A DNA stretch of 64,000 bases from an uncultured Bacilli bacterium (GCA_947632375.1 CANRPF010000004.1:1019-65018), one strand, 5' to 3'; shown: positions 40,778 to 50,841, counted from the first letter of the stretch. Translations and numbers: made by a program. Notes: generated by a model not told the origin, from the letters alone.

Positions 40778-41969
40778 AGTCAGACTCCTTTCCATACATT
40801 AACTGCATGTCTTTTTCCTTTTGTTCTTCGGCCTGACCATAATATTCTTCATAATCAGCATCATCAAGCACATCATGCTCATCATCAAAATCATATTCAT
40901 CGTCTTGTTCACGCATTTCTTTCTGAATCTGAAGTTTCTTGATAGAATCTTCAATTTGCTGTCCAAAACCTAAATCTTGTGTAACTAACTTACGAACATA
41001 ATTGTTCATATCCTTTAAAGTTAAGTCTACTTTATCTTGTGGTATATCTGTAGCAAAACGAGGAATAAATCCTTCTTTTTCACACATAGCCACAACTTGT
41101 GATATAGAATCAACAAAATTGCTTTTCTGTTCTTTATTCTGTGCTGCTGTAAACTTTGCGGACTTTCGCAAAGTATCATATACCCTAGATAGTTTTTGGA
41201 ATCCGTCCATATCTCCAATATCTATGGCATTATTCATTTTTAATGCTGTTTTACAAATAAGCATCAAAGTTTGGTCAGAGTCTGGGTCATTAACCTCAAA
41301 TGCATTACACATTTCAACATAAGTTTTTTCTAGTTTAACTAACTCATCTAACTTATAAAGTCTTCCCCACTTCATAACAAGATACAATTTATCATCATCT
41401 GTTAATTCCGCCCCAACATCAGGCAATTCATCTTCACTCATAAAATTAGACTCATTATATGGATTATTATCACCAATAATCTGGGGTTGAGGCGCATAGA
41501 CCGGGGCTTCCGCGTGTAGCGTTTCAACACTTACCAAAGTTTTATATTGCGCTTCTGTAATTTCACCATTTTCATACTGCCGCGCTAACTCCGCCTCAGC
41601 ATTTTTCTGTTGAGCGACGGCCGCAGCTACCTTTTCTTCATTTTCTTTTTTAATCCTCTCAGTATCTGCCCACGTATAATCTTTAAATTGTTTCAACTTC
41701 ATTTTTGAAAGATATTTTCCAAATACTGACATACCGTTCATTTTAGTTGGACTTTTTGCGTAGGCTCTATCTCTTAATACATTCCACTCCTGCTCTATAT
41801 ATGGAACATCCATTTTCTCCAAGAGCCAAAGGAATGTATCAGGATTAAAATTATCTATGTGCATGGTAAGACATTTCTTACATAATTCAGTTCTTTCACC
41901 ATTCTTATATGTATAGAAATTGTCTTCATCCATTGTCTTATGACATTTTTCACAAGTACAACTTGACAT
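40764..41969 (-). CDS. Zn-finger protein, probable terminase small subunit
   Basis: CxxC...CxxC N-terminus, KWG motif, overlaps terL start. Confidence 0.5.
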   Translation of the reverse strand: MSSCTCEKCHKTMDEDNFYTYKNGERTELCKKCLTMHIDNFNPDTFLWLLEKMDVPYIEQEWNVLRDRAYAKSPTKMNGMSVFGKYLSKMKLKQFKDYTWADTERIKKENEEKVAAAVAQQKNAEAELARQYENGEITEAQYKTLVSVETLHAEAPVYAPQPQIIGDNNPYNESNFMSEDELPDVGAELTDDDKLYLVMKWGRLYKLDELVKLEKTYVEMCNAFEVNDPDSDQTLMLICKTALKMNNAIDIGDMDGFQKLSRVYDTLRKSAKFTAAQNKEQKSNFVDSISQVVAMCEKEGFIPRFATDIPQDKVDLTLKDMNNYVRKLVTQDLGFGQQIEDSIKKLQIQKEMREQDDEYDFDDEHDVLDDADYEEYYGQAEEQKEKDMQLMYGKESDYGIS

Positions 41970-41975
41970 ATAATA

Positions 41976-43121
41976 TCATCCTTTCTTTTTATTTCGACAT
42001 TCTTTACATATGCTATAATAGCCATCTTTACTTGTCTTATTTTTAGAAAAGAATCTATTATGCGCTAATTTAATTTGTCCACATCTACTACAACGTTTCC
42101 ATTTACCTTTTTCAACCATAGTATAATGCCAAATTAAATAATCATCTTGAGCTTGTTCCGCAAGTAATTTAGGAATTTTATTGCGCCACAAGGAAGATAT
42201 ATATTCAACAGAATGTTTAATACCGTGCTTTTCATATAATAATTGTTGGATTTCTACATTTTGCTTACCGTCAATTTTATAAATCAATAAATCATAATAT
42301 AATGGATACTTGTCTTTTAATGTTTTTTCTATTAAATTATCTAAATCTTCCATCATAAAATAAGAATCACTCCAAAATTTGCCATAACTATCTTCTTTTA
42401 AACGAGAATAATTACACAAAAGAGCAGAAACATGTTTTGGGTCAAATAGTGTTATAATACCATCGCTTTTAACCTGTCCATCTTCTGTTATTGTCACATG
42501 CTCATTCATATTTAAACCAGAAAAACTTTTAGTCCCGTTAATAAAACACATGGGCTGCCGCGCGGAGTTCTTAATTACATATTGGTCCTGCCGCATTTCA
42601 ATAAGTTGTTTCTTTAATAAATACTTCTTTTTACCCATAGCTCTTTTCTCTTGTTCTTCTACAACTGAGATAGCTTCTCGTAATTCTTTTAAAGCTGGTA
42701 TAGAATCAATATCTTCTTGAGTGATACTAATTTTTGGCGTAAAAATTATGTTTTTATCATTAGCTATCATATTATATATACCATCTTCACCATTCTCTAG
42801 CTGGCAAGCTAAGCCTTGGAAAGAAGTTTCCCGCTTATTAACAGTTATCATCCTATTGTCTGTTAATATCTTTTTCTGTTTCCGCTCTTCTTTATCCATG
42901 GCAAAAATAATATAATCAGCTAATATCTCTAAATATCTTGGGGTTAATTGCTCAGGAGGCGTTTCATCTATAATTAACTTAACCAATTCATTTCGCTCTT
43001 TTGGGTCAGTTAAAGAGAAATCTAGTTTCCGCACTGGCTTAATATCTTCTTCTGCCATATGATTCTCTATTGTTTCCCCATCAAGAGCAAGAATGTCTTT
43101 TTCATCTTCTACATTTGTCAT
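41976..43121 (-). CDS. Putative transcription factor (sigma region-4-like HTH + C-terminal Zn ribbon)
   Basis: KIDGKQNVEIQ...YISSLW; CSRC...CKEC; own sigma-A promoter at 43152-43179. Confidence 0.5.
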   Translation of the reverse strand: MTNVEDEKDILALDGETIENHMAEEDIKPVRKLDFSLTDPKERNELVKLIIDETPPEQLTPRYLEILADYIIFAMDKEERKQKKILTDNRMITVNKRETSFQGLACQLENGEDGIYNMIANDKNIIFTPKISITQEDIDSIPALKELREAISVVEEQEKRAMGKKKYLLKKQLIEMRQDQYVIKNSARQPMCFINGTKSFSGLNMNEHVTITEDGQVKSDGIITLFDPKHVSALLCNYSRLKEDSYGKFWSDSYFMMEDLDNLIEKTLKDKYPLYYDLLIYKIDGKQNVEIQQLLYEKHGIKHSVEYISSLWRNKIPKLLAEQAQDDYLIWHYTMVEKGKWKRCSRCGQIKLAHNRFFSKNKTSKDGYYSICKECRNKKKG

Positions 43122-43319
43122 AAAGGCTCTCCTTTCTACCCTATATTACCAGTATACCAAAAATTTTTTCTCTTGTCAATTTTTACTTTAATTGATTTTT
43201 CATTAAAAATTTGTTATAATATTTATATAAGATAAAAACAAGAGAAAGGATAAAGGCGGCGACCGCCCCTCGAAGCGCTTTATAGCTTACTGAGTGGCGT
43301 CTTACACCTCGGTTTCCGC

Positions 43320-43751
43320 GTGTTTAGTAGCAATCAAAAACTTGAAATTAGTGGTGAACTTAATTTTGGAGAGAGCTTATATCAAGCATTAAAGTTTGGG
43401 CTTGAAAGGCATGGAGGTTATGCTGGTTATTCTATTGGACAGAGAAGATTGATATTTCAAATTGTTAAAGATAAATATTATGTGGGTTATATTTATCATA
43501 ATATGCCAGTGCCAGAGGGTTGGCAAGAATATCAATTTGATTTTAGTGATTTTATTGTAGCTCAAATAATCGAACAATTTTTGCAAAAACAAGAATATCA
43601 ACATGAAGATGCAGGAGATGGTTCTTATAATAAGGGCTTTTTAATGAAAGCTGTACCAGAATATATTTGTTTTGGACATGATGGCGAAATAAAGAATCCT
43701 ATTCATGCTATTCTTGTATTTGAACCATATACAGTATTTTATAGTAAATAG
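43320..43751 (+). CDS. Hypothetical protein
   Basis: 143-aa ORF; start uncertain. Confidence 0.6.
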   Translation: MFSSNQKLEISGELNFGESLYQALKFGLERHGGYAGYSIGQRRLIFQIVKDKYYVGYIYHNMPVPEGWQEYQFDFSDFIVAQIIEQFLQKQEYQHEDAGDGSYNKGFLMKAVPEYICFGHDGEIKNPIHAILVFEPYTVFYSK

Positions 43752-43764
43752 AGAGGATATAAAG

Positions 43765-44124
43765 ATGAAGGTTATTATAGCTGGTTCCCGCACCTTTGAT
43801 AATTATGATTTATTATGTGAAACCATGGCTCATTTGTTAGATGACGGACTAGCTAGAGGCAGAGAAATTGAAATAGTATGCGGTGGTGCGAAGGGTGCAG
43901 ATGCGTTAGGAGCGCGTTGGGCAAAAGAGTTTAATTATCCTATTAAATATTTTTTAGCAGATTGGAATAAATATGGTAAAGCTGCTGGGATTATAAGAAA
44001 TAAACAAATGGGTGATTATGCTGATTATTTGATTGCCTTTTGGGATGGTAAAAGTAGAGGAACTAAGCATATGATTGAATATATGAAAAATGTTAATAAG
44101 CATGGGACGGTGATTATATGTTAA
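43765..44124 (+). CDS. SLOG-superfamily (YspA/DUF2493-like) protein
   Basis: IIAGSR, GGAKGAD, AAGIIRN, AFWDGKSRGT. Confidence 0.85.
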   Translation: MKVIIAGSRTFDNYDLLCETMAHLLDDGLARGREIEIVCGGAKGADALGARWAKEFNYPIKYFLADWNKYGKAAGIIRNKQMGDYADYLIAFWDGKSRGTKHMIEYMKNVNKHGTVIIC

Positions 44125-44312
44125 GATATAAATGTTATATATGTGATAAAAGAGTTGAGAGTGGGCTTGATTTAAGTGATACTATATATATTCCAGAAGA
44201 AAATGGTAAGGATGTTGAGTATCAGGTATGTCCAGATTGTTCAAAAAAGTTTTTAAAACGATTGGCTAATGCAAAGAAAGATATTTTTCAGGAGATGATG
44301 AACAATGTTTAA
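44118..44312 (+). CDS. Small Zn-ribbon protein
   Basis: CYIC...CPDC. Confidence 0.6.
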   Translation: MLRYKCYICDKRVESGLDLSDTIYIPEENGKDVEYQVCPDCSKKFLKRLANAKKDIFQEMMNNV

Positions 44313-44514
44313 TAGAATGAAATGTTATGTTTGTGGAACTGATATAGAGATTCCAGACGAAGATTTGAAAAAAAATGTTGCTCAAGAACAATATGGCTTT
44401 CCTTGTAAATATTTTTTATGTGAAAAATGTTATAAATCATATGTAGAAAGAATTTCTGGTGTTACAGCGAAAACCTTGAGCCTAATGAAAGAATTTTACA
44501 AGCATAAAGAATAA
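44305..44514 (+). CDS. Small Zn-ribbon protein, similar to preceding gene
   Basis: CYVC...CEKC. Confidence 0.6.
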   Translation: MFNRMKCYVCGTDIEIPDEDLKKNVAQEQYGFPCKYFLCEKCYKSYVERISGVTAKTLSLMKEFYKHKE

Positions 44515-45050
44515 CTATATTTTAATTTAAAATAATATATCGTATTTCAGTTTTGAAAATACATTTGGAGATTTTTTTGTCGAGGCAAAACCAGATTCAC
44601 GCATCTTCAAACTAAAATCCCGAAATTATACCCCGGATACTTTCTATGCAAACACTGCGTAGAGTAGCATCATTCATCGACGTCGCGATGTCAAAGCACC
44701 GCCCTCTAAAGCTATAAAGAAGTAGTCAAAGCTCTTCAACAGATGCAGACAGTATGATAAGATAAGAATAATCACTTCATCACAAGAGAATGATAAGTTA
44801 TTCAATAAATCATTAACAATAATTTATTATAATTATTTATTTATTATAAACAATACATTTTGCTATTAGCATGCTACGCTGGCGCGCTGTGGGTCGCAGC
44901 GAGCCGAGGCATCTGATACTTAGCATGTTGCACAATTTTTCGCCAGAATTTTTGTGCAACATGCCTATTGACGTTTTCCCGTAGGTGTGTTATACTATAC
45001 TCAAGATAAGAGGAGAGAATACATAAGAGTATACTAAAGGAGGTCACACC

Positions 45051-45203
45051 ATGGAGAAGATGTATACAAAGACATTCCGATACAAAGGACAAATGATAAA
45101 CTACTTTAATAAACTTAAAAAGAATCCTAATGTTACTTGCTTTGCTGGGTTCTTCTGTGACTGTGGTAGCTATGCTATACACTATTGGTATACAAAGGCT
45201 TGA
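45051..45203 (+). CDS. 50-aa early protein (MEKMYTKTF...)
   Basis: Promoter + AAGGAGG; stop overlaps next -35. Confidence 0.7.
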   Translation: MEKMYTKTFRYKGQMINYFNKLKKNPNVTCFAGFFCDCGSYAIHYWYTKA

Positions 45204-45260
45204 CAACATGATGATAATGTGTTATAATAATAGTACAATAAGAAAGAGAGGAAACATGTT

Positions 45261-45533
45261 ATGATGATGAAGAAGTATCAAATAACCTTGTATTGTACAA
45301 CAGGAGAGTACAGACCTGTTAGTTGTATTATCATTAGAGACGCAGAGGAAATAACTAGAATAGGAGAACAGGCTTTTAAAGATAAGCTGAAAAGAGATGG
45401 GATACAAAAGATATGCGCTCAGAGAAGCTGGGGTAAGGCTGATTTGTTAAGGTATCATTATACAAAGATGAAAATGAGAGAGTATGATGAACAAAAGATA
45501 AAAGAAGCAAGAGAAAAGAAAGAAAATAAATAA
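45261..45533 (+). CDS. Early hypothetical protein
   Basis: Promoter + GAGG RBS. Confidence 0.7.
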   Translation: MMMKKYQITLYCTTGEYRPVSCIIIRDAEEITRIGEQAFKDKLKRDGIQKICAQRSWGKADLLRYHYTKMKMREYDEQKIKEAREKKENK

Positions 45534-45665
45534 ACCTTTATTTTGGGAACGCGGGAAGCGAGGTATGAAGCGCCATTGACCTTGCCTTCCCGCGTCTTTA
45601 CTTGAAATGTTTTAAAAATTTTGGTATAATAATAGTATAAAAAGAATAGAGAAAGGAGCAAAACC

Positions 45666-45836
45666 ATGGGTAAGATAACTCTTGATGAAATGTCTGCTTT
45701 GCGTCTTGTGCTTAACTATGTTAGTGTAAAAGACTTGCTCACGTGTGCCATGACAGGCTTTGCAGAAAAGCAAGACACACGTTCACAAGATAATGCAGAT
45801 GTTTGCTACAAAGCAATCAACTCATTCCTTGAATAA
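45666..45836 (+). CDS. 56-aa early protein (MGKITLDE...)
   Basis: Promoter + AAGGAG. Confidence 0.65.
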   Translation: MGKITLDEMSALRLVLNYVSVKDLLTCAMTGFAEKQDTRSQDNADVCYKAINSFLE

Positions 45837-46126
45837 CAGGGAGAGCGCCTACGGTCGTAGGTAGCTCGGTTCGCTCCATGTAACATTAGTCCAGACTTTT
45901 CTTTTTGAGAGTCTGGGCTTTTTTGTCGTTAAGCGGGTTCCCGCATTTAATGCAAAGGTGTAAGCACGCGCACACGGTCGAGCCTAAGCCGTTTCCGCGC
46001 TTTAGTGTAGTACAGTAATAAATTGTTGAAGCAACAAAGATTTTAAAAAATTTTTAAAAAAACTCTTGACAACGTAAAACAAATGTGTTAAGATATAATC
46101 AGAAAGAGGAAAGAGAGGAAAACAAA

Positions 46127-46333
46127 ATGAAGTTCTTAACCATTCAAGAGTATGAAAACATTAAGGTTTATGAATTAGATGATACCACTTATAGAAAGAT
46201 TGAAAGAGCATTTGTTTCAAGGCTCGGGGAAAGGGTAGGTAAGAGGATACTTGAAAGATACCTTGAAAAGAAAGTAAGCGAACTTACTTGCCAGAGTTAT
46301 GTTGATGTTATGTCACTCCTCACAATCCTGTGA
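46127..46333 (+). CDS. Early hypothetical protein (MKFLTIQE...)
   Basis: Promoter + GAGG. Confidence 0.7.
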   Translation: MKFLTIQEYENIKVYELDDTTYRKIERAFVSRLGERVGKRILERYLEKKVSELTCQSYVDVMSLLTIL

Positions 46334-46421
46334 GGAGTTGACAAAAAATTTAAAAAAACTATTGACAAATAAAGTTCTACGTGTTATAATTAAATTACAA
46401 AAAAGGAAAGGAAGAAAAACA

Positions 46422-46595
46422 ATGACATTAGAAGAAAAAATTGAAGTTGTAAAAATTCTGAAAGCGCAAGATGAGATTATTCAAAAACTAATTGCTGAAA
46501 GAGAAGCATTAAAAGCAAAATGTAGGGAAGCAAAATGTTATGAAGAAGTTTGGAAAATGTTATTCAGTGATTATGAAAGCCACTTCCAATTTTAA
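46422..46595 (+). CDS. Early hypothetical protein (MTLEEKIE...)
   Basis: Promoter + RBS + terminator. Confidence 0.7.
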   Translation: MTLEEKIEVVKILKAQDEIIQKLIAEREALKAKCREAKCYEEVWKMLFSDYESHFQF

Positions 46596-46820
46596 AGCAG
46601 GTAATAAACCTGCTTTTTAATTACCACCAAGCGCGGTCGCCGCTGCCCGAAAAATTATATCACGTGTGAGGCAAGTTTGTCAAGAAGAAAATAAAAAAAT
46701 TTTAAGTAATTATTTTTGCTCCCGAAATGAAAAAAATTTAAAAAAGTTGTTGACAAATACGTTTGTACGTGCTATAATGTATTCAGAGTTAAGGAGAACA
46801 ACAAAACAGGAGGAAACAAA

Positions 46821-46907
46821 ATGATGTGGGACGTGACTTGTGAAGAACTGTATTGGGCAGAGGCGGAGATAGAGGAACTTATGAAGGAAATGAGTGAGAA
46901 GGCATAA
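46821..46907 (+). CDS. 28-aa acidic peptide (MMWDVTCEELYWAEAEIEELMKEMSEKA)
   Basis: Own promoter and GGAGG RBS. Confidence 0.6.
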   Translation: MMWDVTCEELYWAEAEIEELMKEMSEKA

Positions 46908-47004
46908 GCCTTCCGCTCCACCTTAAAAAAATAAAAAAGTTATTGACAATATAAGAAAAAAGTGTTATAATAAATACAGAGTTAAGGAAAGAGAGGAATT
47001 TTAA

Positions 47005-47169
47005 ATGAGAGAGCAAGAAATGGAAAATATGGCTGAAAGACTTCAAGAGTTACTTAAGGAATGTGAAGAAAAAGGCTTTAAGGTAAGAGTATCTTCTTTG
47101 CTTAATGAGGGAGATGAAATCACTGAGGCGGTTACATCAATGGATTATACACAAATTACTTTGTGGTAA
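47005..47169 (+). CDS. 54-aa early protein, paralog of 52955..53134
   Basis: Promoter + RBS; LLK.C..K...VR.S..L..GD.ITE motif. Confidence 0.7.
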   Translation: MREQEMENMAERLQELLKECEEKGFKVRVSSLLNEGDEITEAVTSMDYTQITLW

Positions 47170-47219
47170 CTCTTGACAAATTAAAAGAAATATGCTATAA
47201 TAAATACAGAGTTAAGGAA

Positions 47220-47380
47220 AGCGGAATAAAAGCCCACTTCCAGCAGAAGGTGGCGACGGTGGAGAAGCCGAAGGCGCATAGTTGCCGCAGTAAGACCATG
47301 TAAGAACTTCTTCCGCTATATAAATAGTAGGGCAAAGACAACGCACAACCCTTGAAAGTGCGGGTGGACTGGACGAGGGT
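47220..47380 (+). ncRNA. Multi-pseudoknot structured RNA, copy 1
   Basis: Own promoter; shares core and covarying helices with 47872..48023. Confidence 0.75.
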
Positions 47381-47404
47381 AAAATAAACCAAAGGAGAAA
47401 AATA

Positions 47405-47662
47405 ATGAAAAGATTTTTTGTAACAATGTTGTTTCTAGTAGGTTTTGTTGGTTCTATGTTAATTGAAAATACTTATAATAGAACCGCAAGAGTTTATAGT
47501 GTAAAGCATGGAGTAACAACCTTCGAGGATAAGACAGGCAACCTTTGGGAGTATGAAACTACAGATTTTGAACAGGACAGCGAAGTTATTTTGATTATGT
47601 TCACAAACCACACAGACAATAATATTCATGATGATGAAATTATAAAAGTAATGGTTAAATAA
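47405..47662 (+). CDS. Early protein with N-terminal signal/TM segment
   Basis: Hydrophobic N-terminus; RBS. Confidence 0.7.
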   Translation: MKRFFVTMLFLVGFVGSMLIENTYNRTARVYSVKHGVTTFEDKTGNLWEYETTDFEQDSEVILIMFTNHTDNNIHDDEIIKVMVK

Positions 47663-47871
47663 GCAGGGCACAAACCCTGCTTTTCTTGCGGTCGGCGCGA
47701 GCACGTACGCTACTCTTCGTGCGAGCGCCGAGATTCTATTATACCACGAGGCTAGCAATTTGTCAAGAGAAAAATAAAAAATATTTTTTAAAAAATTTTT
47801 CCCAAAATGCTTGACAAGTTAGACTGGCCGTGCTATAATGTATTTACAAGGTAAGGGAAAACCTCAAAATC

Positions 47872-48023
47872 CGACGGTGTAAAGCCCTCTCCCAGCAAGC
47901 GGTTATTAGTAAGTCCACGCAAAGTTGTGGCGAATCAAAGAAACATCAAAATCCGCTCCGTCGTTAATAGTAGGGCAAAAACAACTTGTATCCCTTGAAA
48001 GCAAGTGTGGACTGGGCGAGGGA
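47872..48023 (+). ncRNA. Multi-pseudoknot structured RNA, copy 2
   Basis: Own promoter, no RBS-led ORF; covariation with copy 1. Confidence 0.75.
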
Positions 48024-48099
48024 ATTTTAAAAAAAATGCTTGACATGTTTAACAAAAAGTGTTATAATAAGAGTATCAAAGGAAAAGGAGATAACAACA

Positions 48100-48261
48100 A
48101 TGACAAAGACTAGAGAAGCACTGATTGACGAAATGATTAGAATGTATGGTTTTGAAGCTGAAGAAACTATTGAATTTGCTGAACTTGCGGAAAGTCTTCC
48201 CGCCTCTACTTTACATGACTACCTGTTAGAAGTTCTGGTTGATTGCCACAAGCATTTTTAA
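48100..48261 (+). CDS. Early hypothetical protein (MTKTREAL...)
   Basis: Promoter + AAGGAG. Confidence 0.7.
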   Translation: MTKTREALIDEMIRMYGFEAEETIEFAELAESLPASTLHDYLLEVLVDCHKHF

Positions 48262-48329
48262 AAAAATGCTTGACAACGTATAGAAAAAATGGTATAATTA
48301 AACCATCAAAAGAAAAGGAGAAAATAAAT

Positions 48330-48545
48330 ATGAAAGAAAACATAAGGTACACAATTTGGATAGTAAAAAGGAATCAGCACCTGTACTTCAATAATGTAAA
48401 GGAAGCCTTTAGAACTTTCTATAAGCTGGCTAGACTTGGAGAGTCTGTATCACTCAGCGACAGAACTATGAAAAATATATTCCGGAGATGTCGAATGTCA
48501 GCAAATGACAAATATGAACAAGGCAAAATCAGATACTACAATTAG
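48330..48545 (+). CDS. Early hypothetical protein (MKENIRY...)
   Basis: Promoter + AAGGAG + terminator. Confidence 0.7.
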   Translation: MKENIRYTIWIVKRNQHLYFNNVKEAFRTFYKLARLGESVSLSDRTMKNIFRRCRMSANDKYEQGKIRYYN

Positions 48546-48793
48546 AAGGGCGGGAACGCCCTTTTTTCTACTATAGACCTTGCCCAAGATTCGGCGGGCC
48601 GCTTGTGCTCGGCACGGCCCGCTTCGCCACTTCGCCGCATTAAAGCGTAAAACTGTGGCGCTTTAGTCTGATAAAGTGGTAACGTGATACTTCCCGAAAT
48701 CAAAAAATTTTTTAAAAAATTTTCAAAAAATGCTTGACACCGTGCGCCCCATGTGCTATAATTAAACCATCAAGAGAGAGGAAGGTACAGACC

Positions 48794-49240
48794 ATGACAA
48801 AGGAAACTATGATTCGTAATTATCGGAAGTTCAGCGCGGCGGACAGCTATATCTTGGGATTCATCTATAAGCATGAGGTATATATGGCAGAGGTTGAGGA
48901 AATAATGCCTCGTTTTATGCGGGTTGAGCATGAATCAAGTAAGCATGGCGGTTCTGCAAAACTTCAGTTAAGACTTACAAAAAAATATCAAGAACAGCTT
49001 ATGAGAAAAGGCGCGGTTTGCTTAGGTTCAGAAGAAATTCTCAACGGTGAATATAACAAAGGTGTAGAATTTGAAAGAATTATCAATGAAATAAATGGTA
49101 AAGATTTTAGAGGAAAAGATAATGTTCCGTTTTATATTGAGGGTGATTTAAATATCAATGGTAAAGAAGTCCAGGTTAAATTCAACGGTGCGCAAATTGT
49201 AGTTGAAAGAACTTTAAAAAATCTTCAGAAGCGGAAATAG
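48794..49240 (+). CDS. Early hypothetical protein, possible PD-(D/E)XK-like fold
   Basis: NKGVEFE...GD......VQVK pattern. Confidence 0.6.
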   Translation: MTKETMIRNYRKFSAADSYILGFIYKHEVYMAEVEEIMPRFMRVEHESSKHGGSAKLQLRLTKKYQEQLMRKGAVCLGSEEILNGEYNKGVEFERIINEINGKDFRGKDNVPFYIEGDLNINGKEVQVKFNGAQIVVERTLKNLQKRK

Positions 49241-49331
49241 AAATCCGCTTCTGAAAAAATAAAAAAACTATTGACAAAATAAAATAAAAGTGTTATAATA
49301 AATATAGAAAAAAGGAAGAGAGGAAAACAAA

Positions 49332-49793
49332 ATGACAAAGGCTTTAGTTTTTGATATGGATGGCACTCTGGCAGACCTTTATGGAGTGGATAATTGGTTA
49401 AATGAACTGAGAAGCGAAAATCCTCGCCCTTATGAGGTTGCTTGTCCGCTTTATAATATGGAAATCCTCAATGCGATTCTTGTAATCTTAAAAGAATGTG
49501 GTTGGGAAATTGTAATAACAAGTTGGTTAGCAAAGGAAGCTAGTAAAGAATATGATATGAAAGTTAGAGAAGCGAAAAAGGCTTGGCTTGAAAAATATAA
49601 CTTCCCTTATGATGAAATTCATCTTGTAAAATATGGAACAACCAAAGCGGATTGCACTAGAAAAAAAGGTGGTTTTCAAATTCTGGTTGATGATAATGAA
49701 AAAGTCAGAAAAGGCTGGACATTAGGAGATACAATTAACGCTAATGAGGATATAATTCCTAGCTTGCTGGAGCTTTTGGGCGCGGAAGTGTAA
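49332..49793 (+). CDS. HAD-superfamily phosphatase, 5'(3')-nucleotidase-like
   Basis: FDMDGT motif I, ITS, K, LVDD. Confidence 0.8.
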   Translation: MTKALVFDMDGTLADLYGVDNWLNELRSENPRPYEVACPLYNMEILNAILVILKECGWEIVITSWLAKEASKEYDMKVREAKKAWLEKYNFPYDEIHLVKYGTTKADCTRKKGGFQILVDDNEKVRKGWTLGDTINANEDIIPSLLELLGAEV

Positions 49794-49876
49794 AAACTTC
49801 CGCCCCGTGCAAAAAAAAAGTATTGACAAATAATTAAAATAATGCTATAATTAAACTATCAAAGGAGGAATGAAAG

Positions 49877-50092
49877 ATGTTTAAAAAGTTAGCTTATAAG
49901 ATTGTATTAAATGATTTGAGTAAATGTGGAATGTTTGTTGGCAAATATGATGCTAGAAATGGCAAAGAAGATTTTATGTATGGTATTTCTACAGTAATGG
50001 AGAGTATAGCTTACCATGTGAGCGATAAAGTTGGGGACAACTTCTCTGATACCTTCATTAAAAACATGATAGCAAGTGAGGACAGGGTTTGA
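49877..50092 (+). CDS. Early hypothetical protein
   Basis: Promoter + GGAGG + terminator. Confidence 0.7.
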   Translation: MFKKLAYKIVLNDLSKCGMFVGKYDARNGKEDFMYGISTVMESIAYHVSDKVGDNFSDTFIKNMIASEDRV

Positions 50093-50278
50093 CCCCGTCC
50101 TTTTTATAAATGAAGCCGGCGGGGCGCGCACGTTCCTTGCGCGCCGAAAAATCCATTATACCACACGCCGCCAATTTTGTCAAGGGAAAAATGATAAAAT
50201 AATTAACAAAAATAATTCCCGAAATTTGTGCATTTTGCCTATTGCGCTTTTTAGTGGTCTGTGCTATACTGTATAATG

Positions 50279-50370
50279 TCAGGAGGGAACAGGGTGTCAG
50301 GTTTCTAACAAGTACAGGTGGCTGATTTCAAAATGAGATTGGTTGCTTCGGAAAAGAAAAACAGCCCAAA
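50279..50370 (+). ncRNA. Putative small RNA upstream of wHTH paralog 1
   Basis: Promoter with no ORF; closing helix GGGTGT/ACAGCCC and GU-rich hairpin. Confidence 0.45.
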
Positions 50371-50457
50371 AAATCAAAAAAGATTTTTAAAAAACTCTTG
50401 ACAAAGAAAACTAAATATGATATAATAAATACATCAAAAGAAAAGGAGAGATGAGTT

Positions 50458-50820
50458 ATGACGAAGATGACTAAGAGAGATTGGTATGGTAGACTGGCGA
50501 AGATTGTTGAGGATTCTAATGCCTCTGATAAGGGCGAGGCTCTTGCCTTTATTGCCCATCAGGTAGAACTGCTTGACAATCGCTCTAGCAACACTAAGCC
50601 GACGAAGAACCAGCAGGCTAATGTTGGTATCTCTGAAAGCATTAAGGTTGCGCTGGGTAACGCTGGTAGGGCTGTTACTGTAACCGAACTGCTGACTGAT
50701 TCCACTCTGAGCGGTTTCACCAATCAGAAAATTTCCTCTCTGCTTAGGCAGATGGTGGAAAAGGGCGAAGTGATTCGCACTGAGGAAAAAAAGAAAGCCT
50801 ACTTCTCCCTTGCGGAGTAG
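50458..50820 (+). CDS. Winged-helix-like protein, paralog 1
   Basis: KPT..Q.AN, T.TEL, TNQK.S.LL, KKKAYFSLAE shared with 54333 and 55612. Confidence 0.75.
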   Translation: MTKMTKRDWYGRLAKIVEDSNASDKGEALAFIAHQVELLDNRSSNTKPTKNQQANVGISESIKVALGNAGRAVTVTELLTDSTLSGFTNQKISSLLRQMVEKGEVIRTEEKKKAYFSLAE

Positions 50821-50841
50821 TAGGCACCCCGAAAGGGGATA

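Noticed and set aside
5631-42915. Many short plus-strand and alternate-frame ORFs over structural genes
   Set aside because: Shadow ORFs of long minus-strand genes, without RBS
45838-45878. Possible tRNA fragment (GGTTCG) after 45666..45836
   Set aside because: Forms a simple hairpin (GAGC.CCTAC/GTAGG..GCTC) without T-arm stem or cloverleaf; probably a 3' UTR structure
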